Position numbers and translations under genes: made by a program. Below the pieces are notes generated by a model that was given only the letters and a program-made list of their open reading frames with translations, had not been told where the DNA came from and made no database searches. DNA of 64,000 nucleotides. Origin: Burkholderiales bacterium. Its GTDB lineage: Bacteria; Pseudomonadota; Gammaproteobacteria; Burkholderiales; JAEUMW01. The DNA is taken from the NCBI GenBank assembly GCA_039807745.1, contig JBDHRV010000001.1, forward strand, positions 4,705-68,704, given 5' to 3'. Positions 40,790-50,492 of the stretch are shown piece after piece (the first letter of the stretch is position 1; every line of letters starts with the position of its first letter).

Positions 40790-41977
40790 ATGAACGTCTT
40801 GAGAATGGCCGATCTCGACCTCGCGGGCAAGCGCGTCTTCATTCGCGCCGACCTCAATGTCCCGCAGGACGACGCCGGAAAAATCACGGAGGACACGCGC
40901 ATCCGCGCCTCCGTGCCCGGCATCAAGCTCGCGCTCGAGAAGGGCGCGGCGGTAATGGTAACCTCGCACCTCGGGCGACCGAAGGAAGGCGAATTCAAGC
41001 CGGCGGACACCCTGGCGCCGGTTGCCAAGCGCATGTCCGAGCTGCTCGGGCGCGAGGTGCGGCTGGTGCAGAACTGGGTCGACGGCGGTTTCGAGGTCAA
41101 GCCCGGTGAAGTGGTGATGCTGGAAAACTGCCGCACCAACAAGGGCGAGAAGAAGAACGTCGACGAGCTCGCGCAAAAGATGGCGAAGCTGTGCGATGTC
41201 TTCGTGATGGACGCTTTCGCCACCTCGCATCGGGCCGAAGCGACCACGCACGGCATCGCCAAGTTCGCGCCGGTGGCGTGCGCCGGACCGCTGCTCGCGC
41301 AGGAGCTCGAGGCGCTGACGAAAGCGCTCGCCAATCCGAAGCGGCCGCTCGTTGCGATCGTCGCCGGCTCGAAGGTGTCGACCAAGCTCACGGTGCTGAA
41401 GAATTTGTCCGCGAAAGTCGATCAGCTGGTCGTCGGCGGCGGCATCGCCAACACTTTCCTGGCGGCGCAAGGCAAGAAGATCGGCAAGTCGCTGTCGGAG
41501 GCTGATCTGGTCGGCGAGGCCAAGGCGGTGATCGAGGCTTGCCATGCCCGAGGCGGCGACGTACCGCTGCCGAACGACGTCGTGTGCGGGAAGGAGCTCT
41601 CGCCGAGCGCCGCTGCCACGCTGAAGTCGGTGGACCAGGTGGCCGACGACGACATGATCCTCGACATCGGGCCGCAAGCGGCGCAGAAGCTCGCCGATGT
41701 CATTGCCCGGGCCGGAACGGTGGTGTGGAACGGGCCGGTCGGTGTCTTCGAGTACGACCAGTTCGGCAAGGGGACGGAGACCGTGGCACGCGCCATCGCC
41801 TCCTCGCCTGCGTTCTCGCTTGCCGGCGGCGGCGACACGCTGGCCGCGATCGCCAAGTACGACATCGGCTCGAAGGTCGGCTACATCTCGACCGCCGGCG
41901 GCGCTTTTCTCGAGTTTCTCGAGGGCAAGACGCTGCCGGCGGTTGCGATCCTCGAGGAGCGCGCGGCCAAGGGCTAG
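40790..41977 (+). CDS. pgk: phosphoglycerate kinase
   Basis: [25 protein letters not shown]. The ATG at 40790 is chosen over the ORF-track 40754. Confidence 0.96.
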   Translation: MNVLRMADLDLAGKRVFIRADLNVPQDDAGKITEDTRIRASVPGIKLALEKGAAVMVTSHLGRPKEGEFKPADTLAPVAKRMSELLGREVRLVQNWVDGGFEVKPGEVVMLENCRTNKGEKKNVDELAQKMAKLCDVFVMDAFATSHRAEATTHGIAKFAPVACAGPLLAQELEALTKALANPKRPLVAIVAGSKVSTKLTVLKNLSAKVDQLVVGGGIANTFLAAQGKKIGKSLSEADLVGEAKAVIEACHARGGDVPLPNDVVCGKELSPSAAATLKSVDQVADDDMILDIGPQAAQKLADVIARAGTVVWNGPVGVFEYDQFGKGTETVARAIASSPAFSLAGGGDTLAAIAKYDIGSKVGYISTAGGAFLEFLEGKTLPAVAILEERAAKG

Positions 41978-42041
41978 GCCGGCTCGCCGCCAACCCCGCG
42001 CCGCTGCCTTGGCCCCGACCATCGCTGGTCCGATCACAGGC

Positions 42042-43481
42042 ATGCGGCGCCGGACCAAGATCGTTGCGACTCTCGGGCCCGCTTCCAGTTCGCGGGGCGC
42101 GCTGGAGAAGCTGATCGAGGCCGGTCTCGACGTGGTGCGGTTGAACTTCTCGCACGGCAAGGCGGAAGAGCACGAGGAGCGGGCGGAGCTGGTGCGGGCG
42201 CTGGCGCGGGCGGCGGGGCGTCCGGTCGGAGTGATGGCCGACCTGCAGGGTCCGAAGATCCGCATCGGGGCCTTCGAGCACGGGCGGGTCGTCCTCAAGC
42301 CGGGCAGCCCGTTCGTGCTCGACGCCGACTGCGAGCTCGGCGACAGCTTCCGGGTCGGGCTCGACTACCGGGAACTGCCCGCGGACGTGAGCGTTGGCGA
42401 CGTGCTGCTGCTCGATGACGGGCGTATCGTCCTGTACGTGGAGAAGGTGAAGGATTCCCAGATCTTCACCCGGGTCGAGCAGGGCGGAATCCTCTCCAAC
42501 AACAAGGGCATCAACCGGCGTGGCGGCGGGCTCACGGCCCCCGCCCTGACCGAAAAGGATCTGGAGGACATCAAGACCGCCGCGCGCTTCAAGGCGGATT
42601 ACATCGCCGTTTCGTTTCCGCGGTCCGGCGCCGACATGGAGTACGCCCGCACCCTGCTGCACGAGGCGGGTGGCAAAGGCTTGCTGATCGCGAAGATCGA
42701 GCGCGCCGAGGCGATCGCTGCGCTGGACGAGATCCTCGACGCCTCGGATGCGATCATGGTGGCGCGCGGCGACCTGGCGGTGGAGATGGGCGATGCCGCG
42801 GTGCCGGCGTTGCAAAAACGCATGATCCGGCTGGCGCGAGCCAGGTACAAGCTCGTGATCACGGCCACCCAGATGATGGAGTCGATGATTTCGAGTCCGA
42901 TTCCGACCCGGGCCGAGGTTTCGGATGTGGCGAATGCGGTGCTCGACGGTACCGATGCCGTAATGCTCTCGGCGGAAACGGCGGTCGGCGAGTACCCGGT
43001 GGAAACCGTGCGCGCGATGGCCCGCGTGTGTTTCGAGGCGGAGCGGAACATGGAGCCCACGGTCGAGCGCGATCTGATGGATCGCCTGGCCACCCGGATC
43101 GACCAGGCGGTGGCATTTGCCGCCGCGTTCACCGCTTCGCACTTCAAGGTGCGGGCGATCGGCGCGCTCACGCACTCCGGCGCCACCGCGCTGTGGATGT
43201 CGCGTGTGAATCTGGGCGTGCCGGTGTACGCGCTCACGCCGGTAGTCGAGACGCGGCGGCGGCTCACGCTGTTCTCGGGCGTGCACCCGTACAATCTGCG
43301 CGAGACCTCGAACGATCGCGACGTGATGCTGCGGGCGGCCGAGGACGAGCTGTTGCGGCGCGGTGCCGTGCAGCCAGGCGATCTGGTGGTGCTCACCATC
43401 GGCGAGCTCGTGGGCAAGACCGGACAAACCAATACCATGAAGATAATTCGAGTGGGAGACTCGAGGAGAAGCGACGCCTGA
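42042..43481 (+). CDS. pyk: pyruvate kinase
   Basis: MRRRTKIVATLGPASS...RLNFSHG...MVARGDLAVEMG. The ATG at 42042 was confirmed in the sequence; the 115 upstream codons overlap pgk and are rejected. Confidence 0.96.
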   Translation: MRRRTKIVATLGPASSSRGALEKLIEAGLDVVRLNFSHGKAEEHEERAELVRALARAAGRPVGVMADLQGPKIRIGAFEHGRVVLKPGSPFVLDADCELGDSFRVGLDYRELPADVSVGDVLLLDDGRIVLYVEKVKDSQIFTRVEQGGILSNNKGINRRGGGLTAPALTEKDLEDIKTAARFKADYIAVSFPRSGADMEYARTLLHEAGGKGLLIAKIERAEAIAALDEILDASDAIMVARGDLAVEMGDAAVPALQKRMIRLARARYKLVITATQMMESMISSPIPTRAEVSDVANAVLDGTDAVMLSAETAVGEYPVETVRAMARVCFEAERNMEPTVERDLMDRLATRIDQAVAFAAAFTASHFKVRAIGALTHSGATALWMSRVNLGVPVYALTPVVETRRRLTLFSGVHPYNLRETSNDRDVMLRAAEDELLRRGAVQPGDLVVLTIGELVGKTGQTNTMKIIRVGDSRRSDA

Positions 43482-43529
43482 GGTCGCGCTGCGCACTTCT
43501 TTCCATCATCATCTTCGGAGGTACCCACC

Positions 43530-44594
43530 ATGGCTCTCGTCTCCCTTCGGCAACTGCTCGACCACGCCGCCGAGAACGGCTACGGCTTGCCGGCTTTCAA
43601 CGTGAACAATCTGGAGCAGATCCAGGCCATCATGCAGGCGGCGGACGAGTGCGACAGCCCCGTCATCATGCAGGGCTCGGCCGGGGCGCGTAAGTACGCC
43701 GGCGAGCCGTTCCTGCGGCACCTCATCGCCGCGGCGGTGGAGGCCTATCCGCACATCCCGATCGTCATGCACCAGGATCACGGTGCGACACCGGCGGTGT
43801 GCGTGAACGCCATTCGCTCCGGCTTCTCCAGCGTCATGATGGATGGGTCGCTGCGCGAAGACGCGAAGACCCCGGCCAGCTATGACTACAACGTCGACGT
43901 GACGCGCAAGGTGGTCGACATGGCGCACGCCGTGGGGGTCTCGGTGGAAGGCGAGCTCGGCTGTCTCGGATCGCTGGAGACGGGCATGGGCGAGAAGGAG
44001 GACGGGCACGGGGCCGAGGGCAAGCTCTCCCACGACCAGCTTCTGACCGACCCGGACGAAGCCGCCCAGTTCGTCAAGGCGACCCAGGTCGACGCGCTCG
44101 CGATCGCGATCGGCACCAGCCACGGCGCGTACAAATTCACCCGCAAGCCGACCGGCGACATCCTCGCCATCGAGCGCGTGAAGGAGATCCATGCCCGCCT
44201 GCCGAACACCCATCTCGTGATGCACGGCTCGTCGTCGGTGCCGCAGGACTGGCTCGAGATCATCCGCGAGTTCGGCGGCGAGATGAAGGAAACGTACGGC
44301 GTGCCGGTAGAGGAGATCCAGGAGGGCATCAAGCACGGCGTGCGCAAGATCAACATCGACACCGACATCCGCCTTGCCATGACCGGTGCCGTCCGCCGCC
44401 ATCTGGCGAAGAACAAGAGCGAGTTCGATCCGCGCAAGTTCCTGAAGGATGCGACGGCCGCGGCCAAGGACATCTGCAAGGCGCGCTTCGAGGCCTTCGG
44501 CTGCGCCGGGCAGGCGTCGAAGATCACGCCGGTTGCGCTGGACGCCATGGCTACGCGCTACGGCAAGGGCGAGCTGAAGGCGATCGTGAACTGA
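43530..44594 (+). CDS. fba: class II fructose-bisphosphate aldolase (Calvin-cycle/CbbA-like length class)
   Basis: 354 aa, [35 protein letters not shown] precedes the start. Confidence 0.95.
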   Translation: MALVSLRQLLDHAAENGYGLPAFNVNNLEQIQAIMQAADECDSPVIMQGSAGARKYAGEPFLRHLIAAAVEAYPHIPIVMHQDHGATPAVCVNAIRSGFSSVMMDGSLREDAKTPASYDYNVDVTRKVVDMAHAVGVSVEGELGCLGSLETGMGEKEDGHGAEGKLSHDQLLTDPDEAAQFVKATQVDALAIAIGTSHGAYKFTRKPTGDILAIERVKEIHARLPNTHLVMHGSSSVPQDWLEIIREFGGEMKETYGVPVEEIQEGIKHGVRKINIDTDIRLAMTGAVRRHLAKNKSEFDPRKFLKDATAAAKDICKARFEAFGCAGQASKITPVALDAMATRYGKGELKAIVN

Positions 44595-44617
44595 AGCTGC
44601 GCGGCTCGCGTTTTCCG

Positions 44618-45373
44618 ATGACCGACTACCCTTCGATTGCGCGCATCCTGCAGGATGCGCTCGGGCTCAAGCTGCCGCCGATCGCGGTGTGTCTCGCCGA
44701 CACGGTCCCCGCGAGCGTTCCGGCGCAGCGGGGCAGGGTGCCAGCGGGATGCGTGTTCTGGGAGCTGGCGGCGCACGGCGCCATCGCCACTTCGGCGCCG
44801 GATCACGACCTCTGCGCGGTCGGCGTGCATACCCACCACCTCGCCGATCCGTCCCCGCATCACGCGCGGGAGCTCGCGAACGTGCTCCAGGTGATGGCGG
44901 GGATGGAGTACGTGCGCGAGCAGGACGTCGCGGGCATCCCTGTCCTCCGCGATGCGGTGCGGCACGTCGTCTATGCACCACTCGCCCAGACGCCGCTCGC
45001 GCCGGACGTGGTGCTGCTGTTCGCCCATGCGCGGCAGGGCCTGGTGATCACGGAAGCGATCCAGCAGGTCGATCCCGAACTGCCCCCCGCGCTCGGTCGA
45101 CCGGCCTGTGCGGTCGTGCCGCAGGCGGTAAACAGCGGGCGCGCCGCTTTGAGCCTGGGATGTTGCGGGGCGCGGGCGTATCTCGACGCGTTGACCGATG
45201 ATACGGCGGTGTGGGCGTTGCCCGGAGCGAAGATCGCGCTGTACGCGGCGCGTATCGCCAAGCTCGCTGCGGCTAACGACGTCCTTGGGCGCTTCCACGC
45301 ACTGCGTCGAGAGGACGTGGTGGCGGGCAACACGCCGACCTACGCCGAGTCGCTGGCGCGCATGCAGGGTTGA
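44618..45373 (+). CDS. DUF169-like protein of unknown function
   Basis: N-terminal LGLKLPPIAVCL and a DH.LC.VG segment resemble DUF169/COG2043 members as I remember them. Starts 23 nt after the fba stop. Confidence 0.6.
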   Translation: MTDYPSIARILQDALGLKLPPIAVCLADTVPASVPAQRGRVPAGCVFWELAAHGAIATSAPDHDLCAVGVHTHHLADPSPHHARELANVLQVMAGMEYVREQDVAGIPVLRDAVRHVVYAPLAQTPLAPDVVLLFAHARQGLVITEAIQQVDPELPPALGRPACAVVPQAVNSGRAALSLGCCGARAYLDALTDDTAVWALPGAKIALYAARIAKLAAANDVLGRFHALRREDVVAGNTPTYAESLARMQG

Positions 45374-45391
45374 CGCGACGGCCCGGGGCGA

Positions 45392-45997
45392 TCAGGCCAG
45401 GCGCACCAGCGTACCCGCCGGGGGTGATACCGGAAGATCCATGTTCGCGGCGCGCAGGGCGTCCAGCGTGACGCCGCTGCGACGTGCGATGTCCTCGAGC
45501 GCCTCCCCCGGTTGCACGAACGCCTCGTCTGCCAGCAGCACGCCGTTCGCGTCGCGGCGTATCGTCCGCAGGGTCGCGTGCTCCCGTGTCTTCTCCATCA
45601 TGGTCGTGTTGCCACGGGCGTCGAGATGCACGTGCAGGAAGCGCTCGGGTGTGCAGCCGAAGACGAAGTGCCGCGTTCGATTGCCGTAATCGTCGATGAT
45701 CCAGGCCGGATGTCCGGCGACCTCGCACGATCTCATCACCCCGCCCGAACCGATTGACCGCACCGAAGGTTCGGCAGGCGGCGCCGGGCCCCAGGGATCG
45801 GCGCAGGGGATATCCCGTCCCGTGGCGTCGAGCAACCGGGTCGCGCCCGGTCCGCCGACCTGGGCCAGCAGAACGGGTTCTTGAGCGGCATCGAGCCATT
45901 CCAGGCGCATGGCGCCGGCGCTGCTCACGCACCGCAGTGTGGCGACCGGCGCGCCGCTGGCAAGACGGAAAGTGTGCCGGAACGAGGGGTGGTTCAC
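45392..45997 (-). CDS. hypothetical protein with C-terminal LysM domain and D-x-x-G repeats
   Basis: C-terminus VQPGEALEDIARRSGVTLDALRAANMDLPVSPPAGTLVRLA is LysM-like, which fixes the frame. No signal peptide is evident at the annotated start. Confidence 0.6.
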   Translation of the reverse strand: MNHPSFRHTFRLASGAPVATLRCVSSAGAMRLEWLDAAQEPVLLAQVGGPGATRLLDATGRDIPCADPWGPAPPAEPSVRSIGSGGVMRSCEVAGHPAWIIDDYGNRTRHFVFGCTPERFLHVHLDARGNTTMMEKTREHATLRTIRRDANGVLLADEAFVQPGEALEDIARRSGVTLDALRAANMDLPVSPPAGTLVRLA

Positions 45998-46008
45998 CGC
46001 GGGTGTCC

Positions 46009-46977
46009 TCAGCGCGCGGTAACAATGGCCTTGATGCCGAGCCGGGACGCCAGACTGGCCGCGGCATCGCGCGCCTGGGCGTCGCTCGCATACGGCCCCG
46101 ACTGGACGCGGTAGAGGCCGTTTAACAGGACGACATCGAGTGCACCCGAGGCGTCACCGGCTTGGCCCTTGAGACGGGCGACGAATCCCTCGGCGTTGTC
46201 CTTCGCACTGAACGCGCCGAGCTGAAGGAAGATGCCGCGGGTCTCGTCGACTTCCTTGAGCACTGCCGGCTGCCTTGCCGGCTCGACTGCCGGCGCCGGG
46301 CGCACCGGCTCAGCCCGCGCTGCGACGGAGGCCGGATAACCCGTGGCGGGGATCTCACGCCCGGGGATCACGAGCTCTACTTCGACCAGTCCGCTCCCGC
46401 CTGCGAGCGTGCCGATGCGGTAGGCAGCCGCGTACGAAAGATCGATCACGCGATCGTGCAGGAACGGGCCGCGGTCGTTGACGCGGACGAGCACCGTGCG
46501 GCGGGTATTGAGATTGGTGACGCGGGCGTAGCTCGGAATCGGCAGCGTGGGGTGCGCGGCCGTCATGGCGTACATGTCGTAGATCTCACCCGATGAGGTC
46601 GCCTTGCCGTGGTAGCGCCGTCCGTACCAGCTTGCCACACCGGTCTGGCGATAGGGTTGCAGCGTGGTCAGGGGGGTGTAGGTCCTGCCGAATACCTCGT
46701 ACGGCCGATTCGAGGCAGGCCGCAGCGGCTCCACCCTGGGCACGGCGTCCGGGAGGCGATCCAGATTCGGCGGCGGATTGTCCCCCGGTCCGTCGTCGAG
46801 GTAGTAAGCCCCGCCGCGCTTCGCTGCAGGCGGCTCGGCCTGCTTGACGGGAGCCGCCGGCGCGATCGGACCGGGCGCCGGCTTGGAAGGCGCGCCGCCG
46901 CACGCCGCGAGGGCGAGCGTCGCCAGCCCTGCCGCCACAGGTGCGCCAAAGTCCCGCAAGGAAACGAGCTCCCTCAC
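46009..46977 (-). CDS. rlpA: septal ring lytic transglycosylase RlpA (lipoprotein, DPBB + SPOR)
   Basis: Lipobox LALAAC. DPBB core GVASWYGRRYHGKATSSGEIYDMYAMTAAHPTLPIPSYARVTNL...VRVNDRGPF, and a SPOR-like C-terminus. GTG start overlaps the rodA stop. Confidence 0.93.
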   Translation of the reverse strand: MRELVSLRDFGAPVAAGLATLALAACGGAPSKPAPGPIAPAAPVKQAEPPAAKRGGAYYLDDGPGDNPPPNLDRLPDAVPRVEPLRPASNRPYEVFGRTYTPLTTLQPYRQTGVASWYGRRYHGKATSSGEIYDMYAMTAAHPTLPIPSYARVTNLNTRRTVLVRVNDRGPFLHDRVIDLSYAAAYRIGTLAGGSGLVEVELVIPGREIPATGYPASVAARAEPVRPAPAVEPARQPAVLKEVDETRGIFLQLGAFSAKDNAEGFVARLKGQAGDASGALDVVLLNGLYRVQSGPYASDAQARDAAASLASRLGIKAIVTAR

Positions 46978-48080
46978 GTCTGTACCAGCTTACGGTTGGT
47001 TCGGATGCTCATCAGAATGCCAAAGCCGAGGAAGAGCGTCACCAGGGCGGTGCCGCCGTAGCTGATGAGGGGCAGTGGCACCCCGACCACGGGCAGGATC
47101 CCGCTCACCATGCCCATGTTGACGAAGGCGTAGGTGAAGAACGAGAGCGCGATCGAACCGGCGAGCAGGCGCGCAAACAGGCTGGGCGCCTCGGCGGCGA
47201 TGATGAGTCCGCGCCCGATCACGAGCAGGAACAGGCACAGGAGCAAGCCGTTGCCGACTAGGCCGAACTCTTCGGAGTAGACCGCGAAGATGAAGTCGGT
47301 GGTGCGCTCGGGCAGGAAATCCAGGTGCGTCTGCGTGCCGTTCAGCCACCCCTTGCCGGAGACGCCGCCCGATCCCACAGCGATCGTCGACTGTATCGTG
47401 TGGTAGCCCGCGCCCAGCGGATCCTGGGTCGGATCGATCAGGGTCAGGATGCGCCGCCTCTGATAGTCGTGCATCATGGACCACAGCACCGGCAGGCTCG
47501 CGCAGCCCGCGGCGAAGAGGCCGAGCAGGATCTTCCACGACAGTCCCGCCAGAAAAATCACGTAGAACCCGGATGCGAGAATGAGGAGCGCGGTCCCGAG
47601 ATCCGGCTGCTTGGCAATGAGCCCGATCGGCACCAGCAGCAGGGCTGCCGCAATCGCGAAGTGCTTGACGCGCAGCGTCGCCTCGTAGCGGTCGAAGTAC
47701 CAAGCCAGCATCAGCGGCACGGCGATCTTCATGAGCTCGGACGGCTGGATGCGCGTGACGCCGAGGTCGAGCCAGCGCTGAGCGCCGTTCACGATCTCAC
47801 CGAAGAGTTCGACGGCGACCAGGAGAACGATGCCGACGACGTATGCCGGGACGGCGAAGTTCTTCAGGATGTGGGGCGGGATGTTCGCCGCGACCCACAT
47901 CACGGCGAACGCCACCCCGACGTTCGCGAGTTGTCCGACGACCCGCGTGGTGTTCTGCTCCGCGGCGCTGTAGAGGGTCATCAGCCCGACCCCGAGCAGC
48001 AACAACACGGAAGTCAGCAGAAAGCTGTCGATGTGGCCGGCGAGAAAGGTCGCGATGCGCTTAATCGCCTGCGTCGGCAT
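46974..48080 (-). CDS. rodA: peptidoglycan glycosyltransferase RodA (SEDS)
   Basis: 368-aa polytopic SEDS protein (…QPSELMKIAVPL…, …PERTTDFIFAVYSEEFG…) downstream of mrdA. Confidence 0.95.
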   Translation of the reverse strand: MPTQAIKRIATFLAGHIDSFLLTSVLLLLGVGLMTLYSAAEQNTTRVVGQLANVGVAFAVMWVAANIPPHILKNFAVPAYVVGIVLLVAVELFGEIVNGAQRWLDLGVTRIQPSELMKIAVPLMLAWYFDRYEATLRVKHFAIAAALLLVPIGLIAKQPDLGTALLILASGFYVIFLAGLSWKILLGLFAAGCASLPVLWSMMHDYQRRRILTLIDPTQDPLGAGYHTIQSTIAVGSGGVSGKGWLNGTQTHLDFLPERTTDFIFAVYSEEFGLVGNGLLLCLFLLVIGRGLIIAAEAPSLFARLLAGSIALSFFTYAFVNMGMVSGILPVVGVPLPLISYGGTALVTLFLGFGILMSIRTNRKLVQT

Positions 48081-49959
48081 CGTCCTCTCCGACTTGCATC
48101 GATTCTGGCAGCTTGCCCAGGAGGTAGAAGTCCAGCAGTTTGCGTGCGATCGGCGCCGCGGTCGAGCCGCCGTGGCCGCCGTTCTCGACCATGATGCCGA
48201 GCGCGATCCTCGGATCGTCCGCGGGGGCGAAGGCGATGAAGAGCGCGTGGTCGCGATGGCGCTCTGCGACCTTCTTCTCGTCGTATCGCTCGCCCTGCTT
48301 CATCGCGATCACCTGGGCGGTACCGGTCTTCCCGCCGAAGACGTACTGGGCGCCTGCGCCCGCCCGCCCCGCGGTCCCGCCGGGTCGGGTGACGTCCACC
48401 ATGGCGGCTTTCACCCGCTGCACGTTTTCGCGCTTCAGATCCAGCATCCGGACTGGCGCCGTTGCGACGGGGGTCAGGGTCTTGGTGCGGCTGTCCTCGA
48501 TCTCCCGCACGAGGTGGGGCTGGTACACGGCGCCGTTTGCCGCGATCACCGCCGTGCCCAGCGCGAGCTGCAGCGGGGTGGCAAGGTTGTACCCCTGGCC
48601 AATGCCGACCGAAATCGTGTCACCGGCGAACCATTTCTGCTTGTAGCGCCTCATCTTCCAGGCCTGGTTCGGCAGCACGCCGGGTTGCTCGCCCTTGATG
48701 TCGATGCCGGTCTTGGAGCCGAAGCCGAGCTGGCTCACGAAGTCGTGGATGGCGTCGATGCCGAGCTCCTGCGCGAGACCGTAGTAGTAGGTGTCGCACG
48801 AGATCACGATCGACTTGTGCAGGTCCACCATGCCGTGGCCGCCGGCCTTCCAGTCGCGCCAGCGATGGCTCACCCCGGGCAGCATGAAGTAGCCGGGATC
48901 GGCGATCGTGTAGGACGGCGAGCGTTTACCGAGTTCCAGGGCGGCGAGCGCCATGAATGGCTTGAAGGTCGAGCCCGGCGGGTACTGACCCTGCAGCCCG
49001 CGGTTGTTCAAGGGCTTGTCGGGGTTGTTGTTGAGCGCGTCCCAGTTTTGCGGGTCGATGCCGTCGACGAAAAGATTCGGGTCGAAGCTCGGACGCGAGA
49101 CGAGCGCGAGCACCCCACCCGTCTTCGGTTCGATTGCCACCAGCGCACCGCGGTAATTGCCGAAGATCTTCTCCGCGACTTCCTGCAACCGCAGATCGAG
49201 CGCGAGGATCAGATTGTTGCCGGACACGGGCGGCTGCCGGGCGAGCGAGCGCACCGCGCGGCCGCCCGAATCCACCTCTACCCGCTCGAAGCCGGTGATG
49301 CCGTGCAGGTCGCGTTCGTACGACTCCTCCAGGCCGAACTTGCCGATGTGGTCGGTGCCCCGGTAGTTGGCGGTGTCGCCCCGCGCTTCGATCTGCTCCA
49401 GGTCGCGGTCGCTGATGCGGCCGATATACCCGACCGAGTGCGCCGCATGCTCCCCGTTCGGATACTGACGAAACAGGCGGGCGTTGATCTCGACGCCGGG
49501 GAACCGGTAACGATTGGCCGCGAACTTCGCCACTTCCTCCTCGGACAGGCGTGTGCGGATGGGCAGGCTCTCGAAGCTCTTGCTCTCGTCCATCAAGCGC
49601 TTGAAGCGCTTGCGGTCCTTGGCGGTGATCTCCACCACCGATGCGAGCCCGCTGATGGCGGCTTCCAGATCGGGCACCTTGCTCGGCGTGATCTCGAGCG
49701 TGTAGGCGGAATAGTTGTGGGCGAGGACGACACCGTTGCGGTCCAGTATCAGCCCGCGGTTCGGCACCACGGGAACGATGGAGATGCGATTGTTTTCCGC
49801 CAGCGCATGGTAGTAGTCGTGCTGGACGACCTGGACGTAGAAGAAGCGAGTGAGCAGTATGGCGAAGAGGACCACGACCACGCTGCCGGCAACGGCGAGC
49901 CGTGCGCGGAAGCGGGAGAGCTCGACCTCGGGGTTGCGAATTTCAACGCGGCGTGACAT
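48061..49959 (-). CDS. mrdA: penicillin-binding protein 2 (elongasome transpeptidase)
   Basis: MSRRVEIRNPEVELSRFRARL..., active-site STFKP. ATG at 49959 confirmed; the 110 upstream codons of the ORF track overlap mreD and are rejected. Confidence 0.95.
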   Translation of the reverse strand: MSRRVEIRNPEVELSRFRARLAVAGSVVVVLFAILLTRFFYVQVVQHDYYHALAENNRISIVPVVPNRGLILDRNGVVLAHNYSAYTLEITPSKVPDLEAAISGLASVVEITAKDRKRFKRLMDESKSFESLPIRTRLSEEEVAKFAANRYRFPGVEINARLFRQYPNGEHAAHSVGYIGRISDRDLEQIEARGDTANYRGTDHIGKFGLEESYERDLHGITGFERVEVDSGGRAVRSLARQPPVSGNNLILALDLRLQEVAEKIFGNYRGALVAIEPKTGGVLALVSRPSFDPNLFVDGIDPQNWDALNNNPDKPLNNRGLQGQYPPGSTFKPFMALAALELGKRSPSYTIADPGYFMLPGVSHRWRDWKAGGHGMVDLHKSIVISCDTYYYGLAQELGIDAIHDFVSQLGFGSKTGIDIKGEQPGVLPNQAWKMRRYKQKWFAGDTISVGIGQGYNLATPLQLALGTAVIAANGAVYQPHLVREIEDSRTKTLTPVATAPVRMLDLKRENVQRVKAAMVDVTRPGGTAGRAGAGAQYVFGGKTGTAQVIAMKQGERYDEKKVAERHRDHALFIAFAPADDPRIALGIMVENGGHGGSTAAPIARKLLDFYLLGKLPESMQVGEDDADAGD

Positions 49960-49967
49960 CGGACGAA

Positions 49968-50492
49968 TCAGACGCGATCGGCGTCGGGTTTGGGTTTCTG
50001 CGGCAGGATCAGCGTCACCGTGAGCAACGGCCACAGCAGGGCAGCGACCACGGGTCCCAGGAAATAAAGCCAGCCGGGAAACTCGGCACCTTCCGCCATG
50101 CGCACGAGCAGCATGATGAGCTTCACCACCTGCAGCATCACGAGCACGTGGATGGTCTGCGGCACGATGTCGAACATCAGCACGCGCCGATGCGCGAGGG
50201 TGGCCATCAGCGCGAGCGCCGTGTAGCCGAGCGCATACTGCCCGAACAATGCGCCCTCGGCGACGTCCATCGCGAGGCCGAGCAGCCACGGTAACAGGAA
50301 CCCGAGCCGGCGCGGATAGTGGATGAGCCAGTACGTGAGGAGCAGCGCAACGAAATCCGGCCGCCAGAGGAGCGCCTGGCCCGAGGCGGGCAGGAGATTG
50401 AGCACGAAGGCGGCAGCCAGCGTGCCCGCCACGAAGAAGGGGTTGACCGGGAGCAGGATCTCCGTCGGCTGCTCTGCACGAGACTGGTTCAC
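49968..50492 (-). CDS. mreD: rod shape-determining protein MreD
   Basis: 174-aa hydrophobic protein between mreC and mrdA. Confidence 0.88.
   Translation of the reverse strand: MNQSRAEQPTEILLPVNPFFVAGTLAAAFVLNLLPASGQALLWRPDFVALLLTYWLIHYPRRLGFLLPWLLGLAMDVAEGALFGQYALGYTALALMATLAHRRVLMFDIVPQTIHVLVMLQVVKLIMLLVRMAEGAEFPGWLYFLGPVVAALLWPLLTVTLILPQKPKPDADRV

Noticed and set aside
48061-50289. N-terminal extensions offered by the ORF track: mrdA 742 aa, pyrE 494 aa at 56592-58076, pyk 594 aa at 41697-43481, atpG, atpD, parA, parB, yidD, fmt, htpX, xthA, tkt, pgk
   Set aside because: The extensions overlap the upstream gene or are low-complexity. In each case an internal start reproduces the family-typical N-terminus, often with a visible Shine-Dalgarno sequence. 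Coordinates were trimmed accordingly.
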